A stretch of 64,000 nucleotides of DNA from Okamejei kenojei (lineage: Eukaryota): assembly GCA_035221665.1 (NCBI GenBank), contig CM069139.1, positions 56,544,001 to 56,608,000 of the forward strand. Reading direction: 5' to 3'. Both the position numbers and the translations under genes were made by a program. Each line of letters opens with the position of its first letter. Within the stretch, counting starts at the first letter, position 1. The notes below the pieces were generated by a model, which did not search any database, had not been told where the DNA came from, and saw only the letters and a program-made list of their open reading frames with translations. Shown here one piece after another: positions 23,216 through 36,596 of the stretch.

Positions 23216-24959
23216 ATAAACCCAAGAATTTAAATGAACATTAACCCTGTGATAAGGGCAATCCTTATGTAAACCTTTATTTTTGTTCTTTATCATGTTA
23301 ACTTTAGTCACCTAAACCAGTTATGAAGAATTAACTAAATGTGAAAGGCTCAATAAATATTATTTCTTTCCACATTATTAAGAGATTAAACTGTTTAACT
23401 CTAGAACATCAATCTATTTAATGTTTTGAAAAATGATGAAAAGTAAAATCACCCAGCAATACAATATGAATGCACCAACACTCACTAACTCTGAAGATAT
23501 TTTTGAAAATGTTTTAATGGATTCATTCCAATCTTTAGCATAGAAAGCCGCACAGCAAGAGTATAGCGCATTATCACAGAGAATGCTCTGTAATGCAAGT
23601 TTAAAAAAAAAAAAATTGCAATACATCTTAAAAAGAGCACTGATTAGAGGTTTAAAAACTACTAATATTATTGCAGAAGAAAAAATGGAAACCCATAATT
23701 CATAGGACACATTTTTTATCCCAGGCAGGGTCATCATCAAGTAAACCATCTTATCACCACGAGAGAGCGGGTCCCCGATCCACCATTTAACCTCATTGAA
23801 GATTACTCGAACTATCTTAAACACCGGACATTGTTAGATTTTTATCTCCTGCATGAAACGTTATTCAATCCTTTGTCCTGTATCTGCACACTGTGAAGAG
23901 CTGATGTAATCATGTATAGTTTCTTTTATTGCGCTGACTGGATAGTATAAACAACAATAAAAGATTTTCACTCCCACGTGACAATAATAAAAACAAACTA
24001 AACTATCCTTGGCAAACAAATTTCAATGGAAGCAAGTGTGAGAATGGTACCATTAATTAAGAAAATAAGGAGTTTGCTGTTTATTGAAAACAAAACATCT
24101 GGGATTGGGGTGAGATGTGATGTTTTTCTGAAAGGTTCTTCTGGGCACACACGAAAAAACCTGTTACACATCAATTTAAAGTGAAAAAAAACACAAAATG
24201 GCCATCAGAGTTTATTTCTAAAGGGACAGTGCAGAAAATTAGAAAATGTGTCCTAGATCTTAGCTGGATTGTGTTCCTTCATGAAAAGTTTACAGACATA
24301 CCAGGGAGGATCAGAGACGTACAGACGTACATCTGGCAGAGGATGATCTGAGTCTTCACTCGTTTCAGTGGGAATCCCTAGCCTACAGATTAGGAAGGTA
24401 AAGGTAAGCTCTTATTTTTTTTTACTTAACAATTTATTATTACAATATTGCTTTTTCATCTCCCTTGCTTTCATTCATCTCCTTCTAATTGTATCTCCTC
24501 CAAGAAAAAAAGGGGCGATCCCCCAAATGATTAACAAGCCTTTCTCAGCTGGCACCAGAGGACATCAGGTTCAAGATGAGGGGGGGAAAAATTTCTTGAT
24601 TGGTAAGGGTGTTGGGGGTTATGGGGAGAAGACAGGAGAATGAGGTTGAGAGTAAAAGATAGATCAGCCTTGATCAATGGGCCAAATGGTCTAATTAGAA
24701 ACATAGAAAATAGGTGCATGAGTAGGCCAGTCGGCCCTTCGAGTTAGCACCGCCATTCAATATATTCATGGCTGATCACTCAGAATCAGTACTCTGTCCC
24801 TGCTTTCTCCCCATATCCCTTGATTCCGTTAGCCCTAAGAGCTATATCTATATCTAACACTCCCTAATTAGGAACCTGAGGAGTAACATTTTTACAGAAA
24901 CGGTGGTGGGTGTAAGGAACAAGCAGCCAAAGATGTAGCTGAGGCCTTCTCACCAAAGC

Positions 24960-25712
24960 CACCCTCTACCCAGGCACATTCTCCTACAACCGGAGATGCA
25001 ACAGCTTTCCTATAAACAAAAACAGAATCTCCTCCCTCAACTCTGTCCAGGGACCATGACAGTCCTTTCAGGATAGACAGAGGTTCACTTGCATCTCCTC
25101 CAACACTATCTACTGTATCCATTGTTCCAGATGTGGACTCCTATACATCGGCGAGACCGTTAGACTGGACGATCGTTTTGCTGAACACCTTCACTCAGTC
25201 CGCCTGAGCCTGCGTGATTGCCCAACACTTTAACTCCTCTTTCTATTCCCATGCGGACCAAATGCAAATTGGAGGAACAGCACCTCATATTCGCTTCGGG
25301 CAGCTATTGGGGCGCTTACAATGGGCAGCTTAACAACCCAGCGGTATGAATATTGATTTCTCTAACTTCAGGTAACCCCTTGCATCCCCCCCTTTTCTTG
25401 TTCCGCTCCCCCACCCGCAGTCATGTTACTAATTTTCACTGGTGTCATGATAAGTTTTCATTGGTCTGGATCATTGTTTTTCACCTATCCCACAGCTAAA
25501 ATGGACTGCTTCCCTCAACAGATCATTATTTTTTTGCATACCTTCCATTTCGTTGTTCTATATCTCTCTGTATCACCGTCTATATCTGTCGTTTCCCTTT
25601 CCCCTGACTCTCAGTCTGACGAAGGGTAGGGACCCAGAACATCACCCATTCATTCTCTCTAGAGATATGCTACAAGGCCCACAGAGTTACTCGAGCCTTT
25701 TGTGTCTATCTA
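24960..25712 (+). mobile_element. Penelope-like element 3' end (zinc-finger/GIY-YIG plus pLTR)
   Basis: FTCISSNTIYCIHCSRCGLLYIGET..RLDDRFAEHLHSVR..KLEEQHL..PSGMNIDF is the PLE GIY-YIG endonuclease; pLTR at about 25610-25712. Confidence 0.85.
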
Positions 25713-25796
25713 CTGAATTTAGTTTGCTTTAGTTGATTGTACTGAGGTACAGTGGAAAACATTTGCTGCATGCTAACCAGTCAGTGGAAAGGCTAT

Positions 25797-27532
25797 CTAG
25801 TGCCCTCCATAAATTTTGGGACAAAGACCATCATTTTAATTATTTTGCCTCTTGTACTCCACAATTTACATTCTATTAATAGAAAAAAATCACGTGCGGA
25901 TTTTAAAGTGCACATTGTCAGTATTTTTTAATAAAGGCGGGCCATTTTTTTTATATATTTTTGGTTTCACCATGTAGACATTACAGTGTGTTAATACATA
26001 GTCCCCCCCCCCCCCCCCCCCCCTTTGTCAGGCACAATAATGTTTGGGGGACAACGCAAGCAATGTCCATGAAATGGAAGTTATTTCATTTGAAATGAAA
26101 AATAGTATTTTGTTTCCATGATTCCCGTTGCATGTACTGCTTCAAGCGTTGTTCATGGGCATCCACCTTGCTGGGATCTTCTCTGGTGTGTCTCTGGTGA
26201 TGCTCTACCAAGCCTTGTATGCCATCTTTAGTTATGCTTGGTGTGTCGGTGGGTTAGCTTCCCTTTCAGTTTTCCTTTCTCAGCATATAAAAGAAGGCTC
26301 TAATTGGGTTCAATTGGGTATTGACCTGGTCACTCAAGAATTACCATGTTTTTTTTAGTTTGAAAAAACTCCCCTTTTTGCTTCAGTAGTAGTTTGGGAT
26401 CATTGTCTTGCTTAATGAAACCACCGGACCAAATTGAGTTTTGAGGGCATTTGTTTGAACTTGAGCATAGTAGTGTCTATATACTTCAGGATTTCACTAT
26501 GCTACCCATCAGCAGTTGTATCATCAATGAAGATAAGTGAGCCAGTGCCTTCAGCAGCCACACATGCCCGGCCATAATAATCCCCACCACCAATGTTTCA
26601 CGGATGAGGTGGTATGCTTTTTGGATCTTGGGCAGTTCCTTCTCCCCCTCCATACTTTTGCTCTTGCCATCACTCTGATATGATAATCTCGTCTCATCTG
26701 TCCATGACCGTTTTTTCCAGAACTGTGGTTGCGCTCTCTAACCCCAGAATAAGTACTTATTGGCAAACAGTAACCTGGCCATCCTATTTTTTGCGGCTAA
26801 CCAGTGGTTTTACATCTTGCAATGGAGCCTCTAATTTCTGCATGCTGTTCATGAAGTCATTCTGCGGACAGTGGTCATTTGACAAATCCTCACCTGTACA
26901 CTGAAGAGTGGATGTGAGAGAGGATGTTTCTGTCGGACAGGTGTTTGGGGATTTTTCTTTATTATAGAGAGAATTCTTCTGTCATCAGCTGTGGAGGTCT
27001 TCCTTGACCTTTGCGATTAGTAAGCTCACCAGTGCTCTCTTTCTTCTTATTGATGTTCCAAACAGTTAATTTTGGTAAGCCTACGGTTTGGCTGATGTCT
27101 ACCAGTTTTATTCTTGTTTGTCACTCATAATGGCTTTTTTGACTTTCATTGGCACAACATTGGTCCTTATGTTGATAAACAGCAATAAAAGTTACCAAAG
27201 GTGATGGAAAAACTGGAGGAAAGACTAGGTGCTGAGATCACTCATATACCTTCATGAAGGAGGCATTTAAACACACCTGAGCATTTACAAACACCTGTGA
27301 TGCCATGTGTCCCAAACATTATGGTGCCCTGAAATGGGGACACTATGTATATAAACAGCTGTAATTTCTACATGGTAAAACCAAAATGTATAAAAATAGC
27401 CTTTATTAAAATCTGACAATGTGCAGTTTAACCACATGTGATTTTTTTTTCTATTACAAATCTCAAATTGTGGCGTACAGATGCAAATAAATAAACGATG
27501 GGTCTTTGTCCCAAATATTATGGAGGGCACTG
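25797..27532 (-). mobile_element. Full-length defective Tc1/mariner transposon
   Basis: Long TIRs (C)AGTGCCCTCCATAA..TTTGGGACAAAGACC and its inverse ending GGAGGGCACTG|TA; internal repeats of the terminal motif; transposase remnant PKHTTSSVKH..G. Confidence 0.9.
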
Positions 27533-29002
27533 TACATAATTACACCCAAGTTGTCCACAGTGTACAGATGCAGGATAAAAGGAATAAGAATTGCTGCTGC
27601 TGCTGCTGGAGCTGGAGTAAAGGTTTAAAAGAGTGAAGCGATTGCCCATTTTAATATACCCAATGACTTGGCCTCCACAGCCGTCTGTGGCAGTGAATTG
27701 CACAGATTCATTACCCTCTGGGGTTAAATAAATTCTTCCTCATCTCCTTTCCCTCTCACCATTGGTGAATGTCCATGTGATCCAGTCACACCTGATGCTA
27801 GCCACCCCATCCATAATCTTCTCACTCAATCTTTTCAAGTCTTCTATCTCTTCAAATCCCACCTAAACATCTTTAAGGATCATATTCCAACATCCTATCT
27901 GCCAAGGCCATTCACCACACCCTACTACCCCAGCTGGGTTGTCGGGCCAGTACAGGTAACCATAATGCTGCCTCCAAGTGACCCCTCCCTCCCCCCCCCC
28001 CCCAAACCCACCATTGGAAATGTGAGAATACTTGCGTCCATTCTGTGGCACATTTAAAGAATACATTTGGACAAAAAGGTGCATTGTTCCAAAATCAAAA
28101 GAAGAGTAAAGTATAAGAATATAGGAGCAAGAACAGACATTGTCCTTCAAGCCTGCCTGCCATTCAATATGGTCATGTCTGATCTGCTCCGGGCCTCACC
28201 TCCTCTTCTGTGTCCGTTCCCCAAAGGCCTCAAAATTGATAATAACTGATAATCATCGTCATAATCATGGTCTTGAACATTATTATTGTGTGTAGAGGTG
28301 ATTTCTGAATGGAACATCTCATGATAAGTTGATAACTACACGTTTAATATAGGGTCCCAACCTGAAACATGATCGATATCATCATCATCATCACCACAAA
28401 ATATCATTTCCAGAGATGCTCCCGACCCAGTTACTCCAGCACGTTGTGCCTTTTTTTCTAAAGGAGCATCTACAGTTCCTTGTTCCTTCATGACATGTTT
28501 AGGCATGCTAGCTTCATCTCATTTAATGCTGATATTTAAACATTTCAAATACACAATGATGGGACAAACATAAGAGTTCTGTATTTGACCTCTACTAAAT
28601 AATGTCATTACAACTACTTCAAAAGAATACAAAACTTTGGTTTAATCTGAACTCCAGGGAAATCAAATATGCAGTTCAGCAGATAAAAGCCAAGCAGCCT
28701 TAGCCTTTTGAATTCTTGGTTTGCACTTCACAAGGATTACAAAAAGACATTTGGAAATGAAAATGACCAGGAAATCTATGCCAGGAAGGACACAAGCATT
28801 TAAAACCCCCCCAATAAATCTGGTCGCTCAAACTGCTGCAGCACAGGTTTTAATTGGCAGGTTTTATAAAAATGAACTCATTTATGTGCTCGAAGAGCTG
28901 CAGATCGAACCAAGGTCATTATCGAAAACTTCTCTAAAAATACACCACGGGCTAATGTCTGATTTATGTTCATTAGGTTGGTGCCCAAGGTGCATTTTTT
29001 TT

Positions 29003-29287
29003 AGATTAGATTAGAGAAACAGTGTGGAAACAGGCCCTTCGGCCCACCAAGTCCACGCCGACCAACGATCACCCGTACACTAATTCCATCCCACACACTA
29101 GGGACAATTAACAGAAGCCAATTAACCTATAAATCTGCACATCTTTGCAGTGTGGGATTAAGCTGGAGCACCCGCGGAAAACCCACACGGCCATAGAGAG
29201 AGCGTACACACTCTGTGCAGACTGCACCCATAGCCAGGATCGAACCCAGATCTTTGGTGCTGTAAGGCTGCGCCACTATATTGCACC
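29003..29287 (-). mobile_element. tRNA-derived SINE (HE1/V-SINE type)
   Basis: Reverse complement of the family consensus with a (TCTAA)n tail. Confidence 0.85.
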
Positions 29288-29529
29288 AATGCACCCATTT
29301 ATCTTCTTGGATGTTCAGTTTCTGTGGCCTTTCCTGGTACGTTTCATTTGAATTTTACTGACCGTTTGCAACTCTGGGACACCTTAACCTGTAGTAACCA
29401 CAAGAGACAGAAAACAAAACTGCATCTGATGTGCCAAGGGATAGCTGCAATAATTTCCAGTAGCATTGCAACAGTGATAGCACTGGAGTAATATGTAAAG
29501 GTAATCAGTTTTCATTTATGTATTTCTGA

Positions 29530-30050
29530 GACCATAAGACTATAAGATATAGTAGCAGAATTAGGCCATTCAGCCCCTTGAGTCTTCTCCATTATTCAAT
29601 AATAGCTGATATTTTTCCCTCTCAACCCCACCCTCCTGCCTTAGCATCATAGTCAGTCATACAAAGTGGAAACAGGCCATTCGGCCCAACTTGCCCACAC
29701 CAACCAACATGTCCCACCTGCACTAGTCCCACCTGCCTGCATTTGACCCATTCCTCTAAACACTCCCAATCCATGGATCTGTCTAAATGTTTCTTAAACA
29801 TTGCAATAGTACCTGCCTCACCTACCTTCTCTGACAGCTTGTTCCATACACCCACTACTCTCTGTGTGAAAAGGTTGCCCCTCAGGTAAGCTATTAAATC
29901 CTTCCGTCCTCACCATAAACCGATGTCCTCGTCTCCCCATAACCTTAATGCCCTTAATAATCAAGAACTTATCAATATCTGCTTTAAAAGTACCCAATGA
30001 CATGGCCTCCACCATCATCTTTGGCAATTAATTCCACTGATTCAACACCT
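29530..30050 (-). mobile_element. Nested CR1 3' fragments
   Basis: GVWNKLSEKVGEAGTIAMFKKHLDR and VEAMSLGTFKADIDKFL are two CR1 subfamily ORF2 ends. Confidence 0.85.
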
Positions 30051-30084
30051 TCTAGCATGGATAGTAGGTTGGGTGTATGGCAGA

Positions 30085-31892
30085 AGACAATGAGTGGCAA
30101 TCAAGCGGGTTTTTCTGGTTGTCTGCCAGTGACTAGTGGAGTTCCGCAAGGGTAGGTGCTGGAGCCGTTATTCTTCACGTTGTATATTAATGATTTGTAT
30201 GAGGAGATTGAAGGCTTTGTGGCAAAGATTGCAGATTTTACAAAAATAGGTGGAAGGGCAGGTAGTGTAGAGAAAGCAGGTACTCTGCAGAAGGACTTGG
30301 ACAGGTTGGGAGACAGTGTGGAGTCATGCATTTTCGTAGTAGGAATAAAGACATAGGCTATTTTATAGATGGGGTGAGAATCCAGAAATCGGAGATGCAA
30401 AGGGACTTGGGAGTGTTGGTGCAGGATTCCGAAAAAGTTAATCTGCAAGTCGATTTGGGAGCAAAGAAAGCAAACTCAATGCTAACATTTATTTCAAGAG
30501 GGCTTGTATACAAAAACAGAGATGTAATGTTGAGGCTCTATAAGGCGCTGGTAAGGCTGCATTTGGAATATTGTGAGCAATGTTTAAGAAACCTTTAGAC
30601 GGTGGCGCCATCAGCGATGGCAGTCTCGCCAATGGTCTGTCTGTCTTTTTGTCTTTTATGTTATTTTTAGTGTGTTTTAAAAAGTATGTGTTAATGTTCT
30701 CTGGTTGTTTTATGTGGGGGGGGGGGGTCGGGGAAACTTTTTTTTCAATCTCTTAACTTGCCCGAGATGCAATTGTTTTCCAGATCGTATCTCTGGTCGC
30801 TCTGCGGCCCAACATCATGGAGCTGGTGGCCTTACTCGTGACTAACTTTGAGCCCAAACGTGGGGTCGTGGATTTATCATCGGAGCCTGCGATCTCTTGC
30901 CTGGGATAAACACTCCAACCGCGACCTGTGGATTTCAAGATCGAGGAGCTCGCAGTCTCGGGTAAAGACCGATTTCGGGAAGCTCCAAGTCGCACGAGGT
31001 TCGACCAGCCCTGAACCGGGGTCCGATCGCCCGCAGGGGAGCTGAGATCCCCCGATGCGAGAGCTTGATCGCTCCGATGCGGAGGACCCGACCGCCGGCT
31101 ACAGGAGCCAAAAGTAGTTCCGTCAACGGAAAGCTCAAAGCCTCCGACCACGGGAGAACAAGGGAAGAGATTGAACTTTTTTTCGCCTTCCATCACAGTG
31201 AGGAATGTGGAGGAGTCACTGTGGTGGATGATCATGTTAAAATGTATTTTGTGTGTTTTGTTGCTTTTTATTGGTATGACTGTATGGCAAAATCCTCGTA
31301 TGTTGCAAAACATACTTGGCTAATAAAGTATGATTATGATAATTATGATTTTGAATTTTGGGCATTATATCTGAGGAAGGATGTGCTGGCTCTGGAGAGG
31401 GTCCAGAGCAGGTTTACAAGAATGATCCCAGGAATTAGTAGGTTAACCTATGATGAGCGTTTGCCAGCACTGGGCCTGTACTCGCTGGTGTTTAGAAGAA
31501 TGAGGAGGGACCTCATTGAAACATACAGAATAGTGAAAGGCTTGGATAGAGTGCATGTGGAGGGGATGTTTCCACTAGTGGGAGAGTGTAGGACTAGAGG
31601 TCATAGCCTCAGAATTAAAGGATGTTCTTTTAGGAAGGAGATGAGGAGAAATTAGTCAGAGGGTGGTGAATCTGTGGAATTGTTTGCTACAGAGGGATGT
31701 GGAGGCCAAGGCAGTGGATATTTTTAGGGCAGAGATAGATAGATAGATTCTTGGTTAGTACAGGTGTCTAGAGGTAATGGGGAGAAGGCAGGAAAATGGG
31801 GTTTGGAGGGAGAAATAGATCAGCCAGAATATGGCTGGGTAGACTAGATGGGCCGAATGGCCTAACTCTACTCTTATTCCTTATGACCTTAT
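30085..31892 (+). mobile_element. CR1 RT-to-3' fragment, split by an insertion at about 30580-31352
   Basis: SGVPQG..LFFTLYINDL..ADFTKIGG..LYKALVRLHLEYCEQ|FWALYLRKDVLALERVQSRFTRMIPG. Confidence 0.9.
30580..31352 (+). mobile_element. Unclassified non-coding retroposon nested in CR1
   Basis: Interrupts CR1 between EYCEQ and FWA; GC-rich core; ends AATAAAGT followed by an (ATGATT)n tail. Confidence 0.6.
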
Positions 31893-32323
31893 GAAATTCT
31901 TACTCATCTCCATTCTGAAGATACATCCTTTTATTCTAAGGCTGTTCCCTGGAGTTCTAGACTTTCCCATTACTGGAAACATCCTCTCCACCTCCACTCT
32001 CCCTCGACCTTTCACGATCCAGTAGGTTTCAACGAGAGCCCCCCCCCCCCCCTTATCCTTCTGGATGGTATGATCACCAACAATAGTGATGAATTCGACA
32101 AGTATCTTTTGCCAGAAATCTGAAAACTATCATTTATTCCTAATCGTTGAAAACATTAGCGACGCGGTGGTGCTGGTTTCCAATGGGAATGGTGACGGAC
32201 ACAGCACACATCTCGGTCCTCCAGTTCCTGCGGACATCTGCTGCTGGAAGTATAGGATTTTGGTGTGTGTGCTTTATCATAATCCCTTACAATGCTATGT
32301 ACGACAGTGATCGCAACTTCTAC

Positions 32324-32578
32324 TGTAGTGTGGATGGCCGTTGGCTCGCTATAAGTTCATCCTGTGGCGGCTCTCAAGGGTCGGGCCATTCCCACTATCA
32401 AACCCCTCGGCACGGGAATGGTTGAGTCCAGAGGCGGCCCTTAGCGAGAGGGATAAACGCAAGGGTTTAGCAGCCATCTTCCCTTTTGCAGACTCCTTTG
32501 GTGACAAGAAGGACGCTATTAAAAATACCTCTCGAAGCACCTGGCTCCTCGCCTTTATTTCAGGACTATCGCTCCACA
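32324..32578 (+). mobile_element. Solo LTR-like sequence (TG...CA)
   Basis: TGTAGTG...CTCCACA with ATTAAA; its 3' about 60 bp match, inverted, the LTR end at 32822-32885. Confidence 0.55.
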
Positions 32579-32821
32579 GGTCTATTTTGTGGTCCTGCTG
32601 TGGGTCCACAGCCACCTCTTCACCTGGCAAACCAGGTGGGAGAGACGGTTTAGTCGCCGACTATCCGACCAATGGTGCAGGTAGCACGGGATTACATGGT
32701 ACCCGTGGCGGGGGGAACGCCCTCTGACCTGACCCTGACATTATCGGTCACATAACACCAGATGAATACTGATTGCATTCTGCCGTCATGCTTAAAGTGG
32801 CAGTAAAGTGATATTCACTGA

Positions 32822-34090
32822 TGTGGCGCGGCGATAAGCCCGAAATGAAGGCGAGGAGCCAGGTATTTCGGGAAGGACTTTTATTAGGTGTTGTTCTCTT
32901 GTCCAGTCGGGTCTGCAAGAGAGAGATCGCGCCTAAGGCCAAGTCCTCCTTAGGCGCAGTTCGGATGCCCAGCACGACCCACAGCAGCTCGTTCATCCAG
33001 TCCGGGCCGGAGAGTCGCGCCTTCAGCGCTGCCTTGAGCTGCCGGTGGAACCTCTCCACCAGGCCATTTGCCTGCGGGTGATAGGCCGTGGTGTGGTGCA
33101 GCCGCACACCCAACAGGTGAACCATGGCCGACCACAGCTCAAAGGTGAATTGTGGCCCCCGGTCCGAGGATATGTCCACCGGCACCCCAAAGCGAGCAGC
33201 CAGTGCGCGTACAACGCACGAGCACACGTAGCTGTTGAAGTATCGGCCAGCGGTATGGCCTCCAGCCACCGCATGAAGCGGTCCACCATCGTGAGGAGGT
33301 GGGTGATGCCCCGGGACGGCGGGAGAGGCCCCCACAATGTCCACGTGGAGATGGTCGAAACGCCGGCGTGGTAGACCAAACTCCTGGAGGGGCACCCGGA
33401 TGTGGCGTCTGGCACGGAATGTTGGTGCGGGCCCAGTGGCCAACCTGCTTGCGCAGACCGTGCCACGTGAACCGAGCAGCTACAAGTGCCATCGTCGCCC
33501 TGATGGATGGGTGAGCCAGCCCGTGGATCACGTCGAAAACCCTCCGGCGCCAGGCGGCAGGGACGATGGGGCGCAGCTGACCGGACGACACATCGCAAAG
33601 TATTGTTGCTCCTCCAGGGCCGAGAGGGACATCCTCCAGGCGAAGGCCGGAGATGGCAATTCGGTAGGCGGGCATCTCACTGCCCGTGAGCTGTGCTTCT
33701 GCCAGGGCAGAATAGTCAATGCCGGGCGCCACCTCGAAAACGGCGTAGACGGTGGTCGGGACAACGCGTCAGCCACCCGGTTCTCTTTCCTCTCGATGTA
33801 GCGGATGGAGGTGGTGTATTCCGAGATGTACGCCAACTGCCGCTGCACCCGTGCGGACCAGGAATCGGAAACATTTGCCAGGGCGAATGTGAGCAGCTTG
33901 TGGTTGGTGTAGGCGGTGAATGGGGGGCCCTCCAGGAAGTAGCGGAAGTGGCGCAGGAGCTCGCGGTCGAATGCGCTGTACCTTTCTTGGCGTGGTTGAG
34001 GTGCCGGCTGAAGAAGGCCTGGGGTCGCCAACCTCCATCCGTCAGTTGTTCCAGCACGGCACCAACCGCCGAGACCAAGGCATCCACCGT
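32822..34090 (-). mobile_element. Gypsy/Ty3 LTR retrotransposon fragment (RNase H, integrase, LTR end)
   Basis: YSAFDRELL..FTAYTNHK (RNase H); H-H-C-C remnant HGLAHP; LHVDIVG..SDRGPQF..TTAYHPQANGLVERFHRQLK (rve integrase); frameshifted. Confidence 0.92.
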
Positions 34091-34094
34091 AAGG

Positions 34095-34470
34095 GGCTTT
34101 CCCAGCCTCACATGCTGCTTCCTGTCTGTCAGGAAGTTGGTGATCCACGAATGAGAGGTTCAGGCACAGTCAACTCGGAAAGTTTGGAGTGTAGTAGCTC
34201 TGGCGCAATGGTGTTGAATGCAGAGCTAAAATCAACAAACAGGATCCTCGCATAGGTACCCTGGCGGTCTAGGTGCTGGAGGATGAAGTGCCGGCTCAGG
34301 TTGACTGCGTCATCAACAGATCTATTCGCCCAATATGAAAACTGCAGAGGGTCCAGCAGGGGGTTTGTGATATTTTTCTGTGGCCAGCACAAGCCTTTCA
34401 AGGGTCTTCCTGACTACAGTGCGACAGGCCTGTTGTCATTAAGACCAGTAATCCTTGCCTTTTTGGATTA
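34095..34470 (-). mobile_element. Rex/Babar LINE RT fragment
   Basis: [46 protein letters not shown]. Confidence 0.9.
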
Positions 34471-36596
34471 ATCCGGGTCTCTGGCGCAGTAAGACAGAAA
34501 CTCTACCGCTGCACCACTGTGCCACCCTTAATTTATTTGGTTTTCCTTTGGTAATTAAAAACATATAATGCACAAGATGGAATATTGAGTTTGAGCCACA
34601 AGGATGGGATTCTTATGACATTTCCAGCAACCACTGGTGTCACCGAGCCTGAAAAGCTATCCGAAGCAGGTTCATAACTGTGATCACATCCTGAGTTTAA
34701 GCATTACATGACAATTTTTGCCATTTCCACATTCCACAGCTGAAGAATTATGCTTGGTTTTTCAGGATAGCCAGCTGTGGGCTAGATTTACAAGCACAAA
34801 CATAGTGGCCCAAACTTTGTCAGAAAATCAGAGGATGCCAAAAAAAACTTCAAATACGAAGCAAACTTGGATGCGTTGAGTGGATTTTTATTTCTCCCAG
34901 AAGAGCAATTACAACGGATAATTAGCAAAAAACCAACCCAAGAGAAGTTTCTTGGAGAATTTAAAATTCCATCCACGAGTCAGATGTCATTTGGGGAAGT
35001 ACACAGATTCACCATTGCTCTTTTAATTAACAGAAAGATAGCTTCACAGAACTGCAACACTTACAACATTGTTTGGGGCAGATAAGATCATGGTTGATAT
35101 GTTAAATCGCATTCTGTAAATTTCAAAAATAAATCACAGTTATATCTTTCCATAATAATATTCTCACCAGTCTAAACGTCAGAATCATATCTCTTTCTAA
35201 TAATTGATTTCCCTGCCACAGTATTCAGCAAACAGCTAGTTAAATTCAGGAAAATGAATAATTCTATAGAGCTCATTTACTAACTAAGAGCACACCTGAA
35301 TACAGAAATCTCTACAAACTATTGAGTATTCCACATAGTGGGCAGCTCATAACCTACAAAATCAATAATCTTTGAGAAGTGAATCACAATCAAATAATCT
35401 TAATTTTTCAGGTTCAATTAACACCGAAGGTTACTGAGATTTTATGCAAAGACAATAAGTGAGTTCGGATTTCCGCAAAACGCAAGGAATCATTTGTCAA
35501 AGGTCACTCACGATTAACATTCTCGGCAGCAGTGCTGCTGCATATATACAGACCTGCGTTTCAGCCGTAGTCAGTATCGAACCCGGGTGACCCTGGACTG
35601 ACGGGACACCGGCCCGGAGCAGTGGTGGCCTAGGCTTACAGCCAGCATGGAGAAGAAGCTCTAACTCCAGCCCAACTCTGCCTGTCCCGCTGTGTTAACC
35701 GACAGCATCTGGACTGACGGGACACCGGCCCGGAGCAATGGAGTTAGCGCTTCTTCTTTAGCAAAATTGTAAATTGTCGCTGGTGTGTAGGATAGTGTTA
35801 GTGAATGGAGTCAGCGTGGACTCAGTGGGCCGAAGGGCTTGTTTCTGTGCTGAATCACTAAAGTCTAACAAGCAAAATTACAAAATCTAGAGATGTATTA
35901 TTTTGACGTACCACAGAAACGCACAATTGACTACTTTTTCTAGTCAACTGCAGTTTTACTTGCCCGGAAGAAATGGATGATTGGTAAAATTCTAAAGTAT
36001 GGAATGATAAAGATGGATAAACTATAAACTATTTGGTACCCAGATGGTGATTGCAAAATTGAAAAAAAAAAAAATTATTTATCTGATCTCAAACGTGGGT
36101 TTGGAGAAATTGCATTGGACTTCTGGTCCCACCTGTGTTTTGTTGCATTTCAGTTTCCAAGCAACTTTCTGAGAATGGTGACAGCGGCATTAATCACGAA
36201 GCTGTGTATTGCAGAAGGATTAGAATTGATTACATTTGTTTGAGATTTAATGATTTTGAAAAGTATTGTTAATTGGGTAATAATGATTGAGTCTTTAAAA
36301 TGCAAGTACATCCTAATTAGCTGAAAGGTCAATTATTGCAATTAGCTTTATGTTTTTGTGCAATTGGAAAATGCCTAATTCAATGATGGTTTTAAAAATG
36401 AGAGAATATCATAAAGTATTCTTCTTTCCAACGTGAAAGTACATACCAACTCTAGCAATGGAGTGACCCAGCTTTTAACAAGGATCTACTCAAACATTTT
36501 GCAATGCAAAGAGGTAAGGTTCAGAAGAAGGACTACGATCTGAAATGTCACCTACCCAACTTCTCCAGAGATGCTCCAGCACTTTTTTTTGTGGTA

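Noticed and set aside
23414-23824. 136-aa hydrophobic minus-strand ORF
   Set aside because: AT-rich, error-prone region; no motif or splice support.
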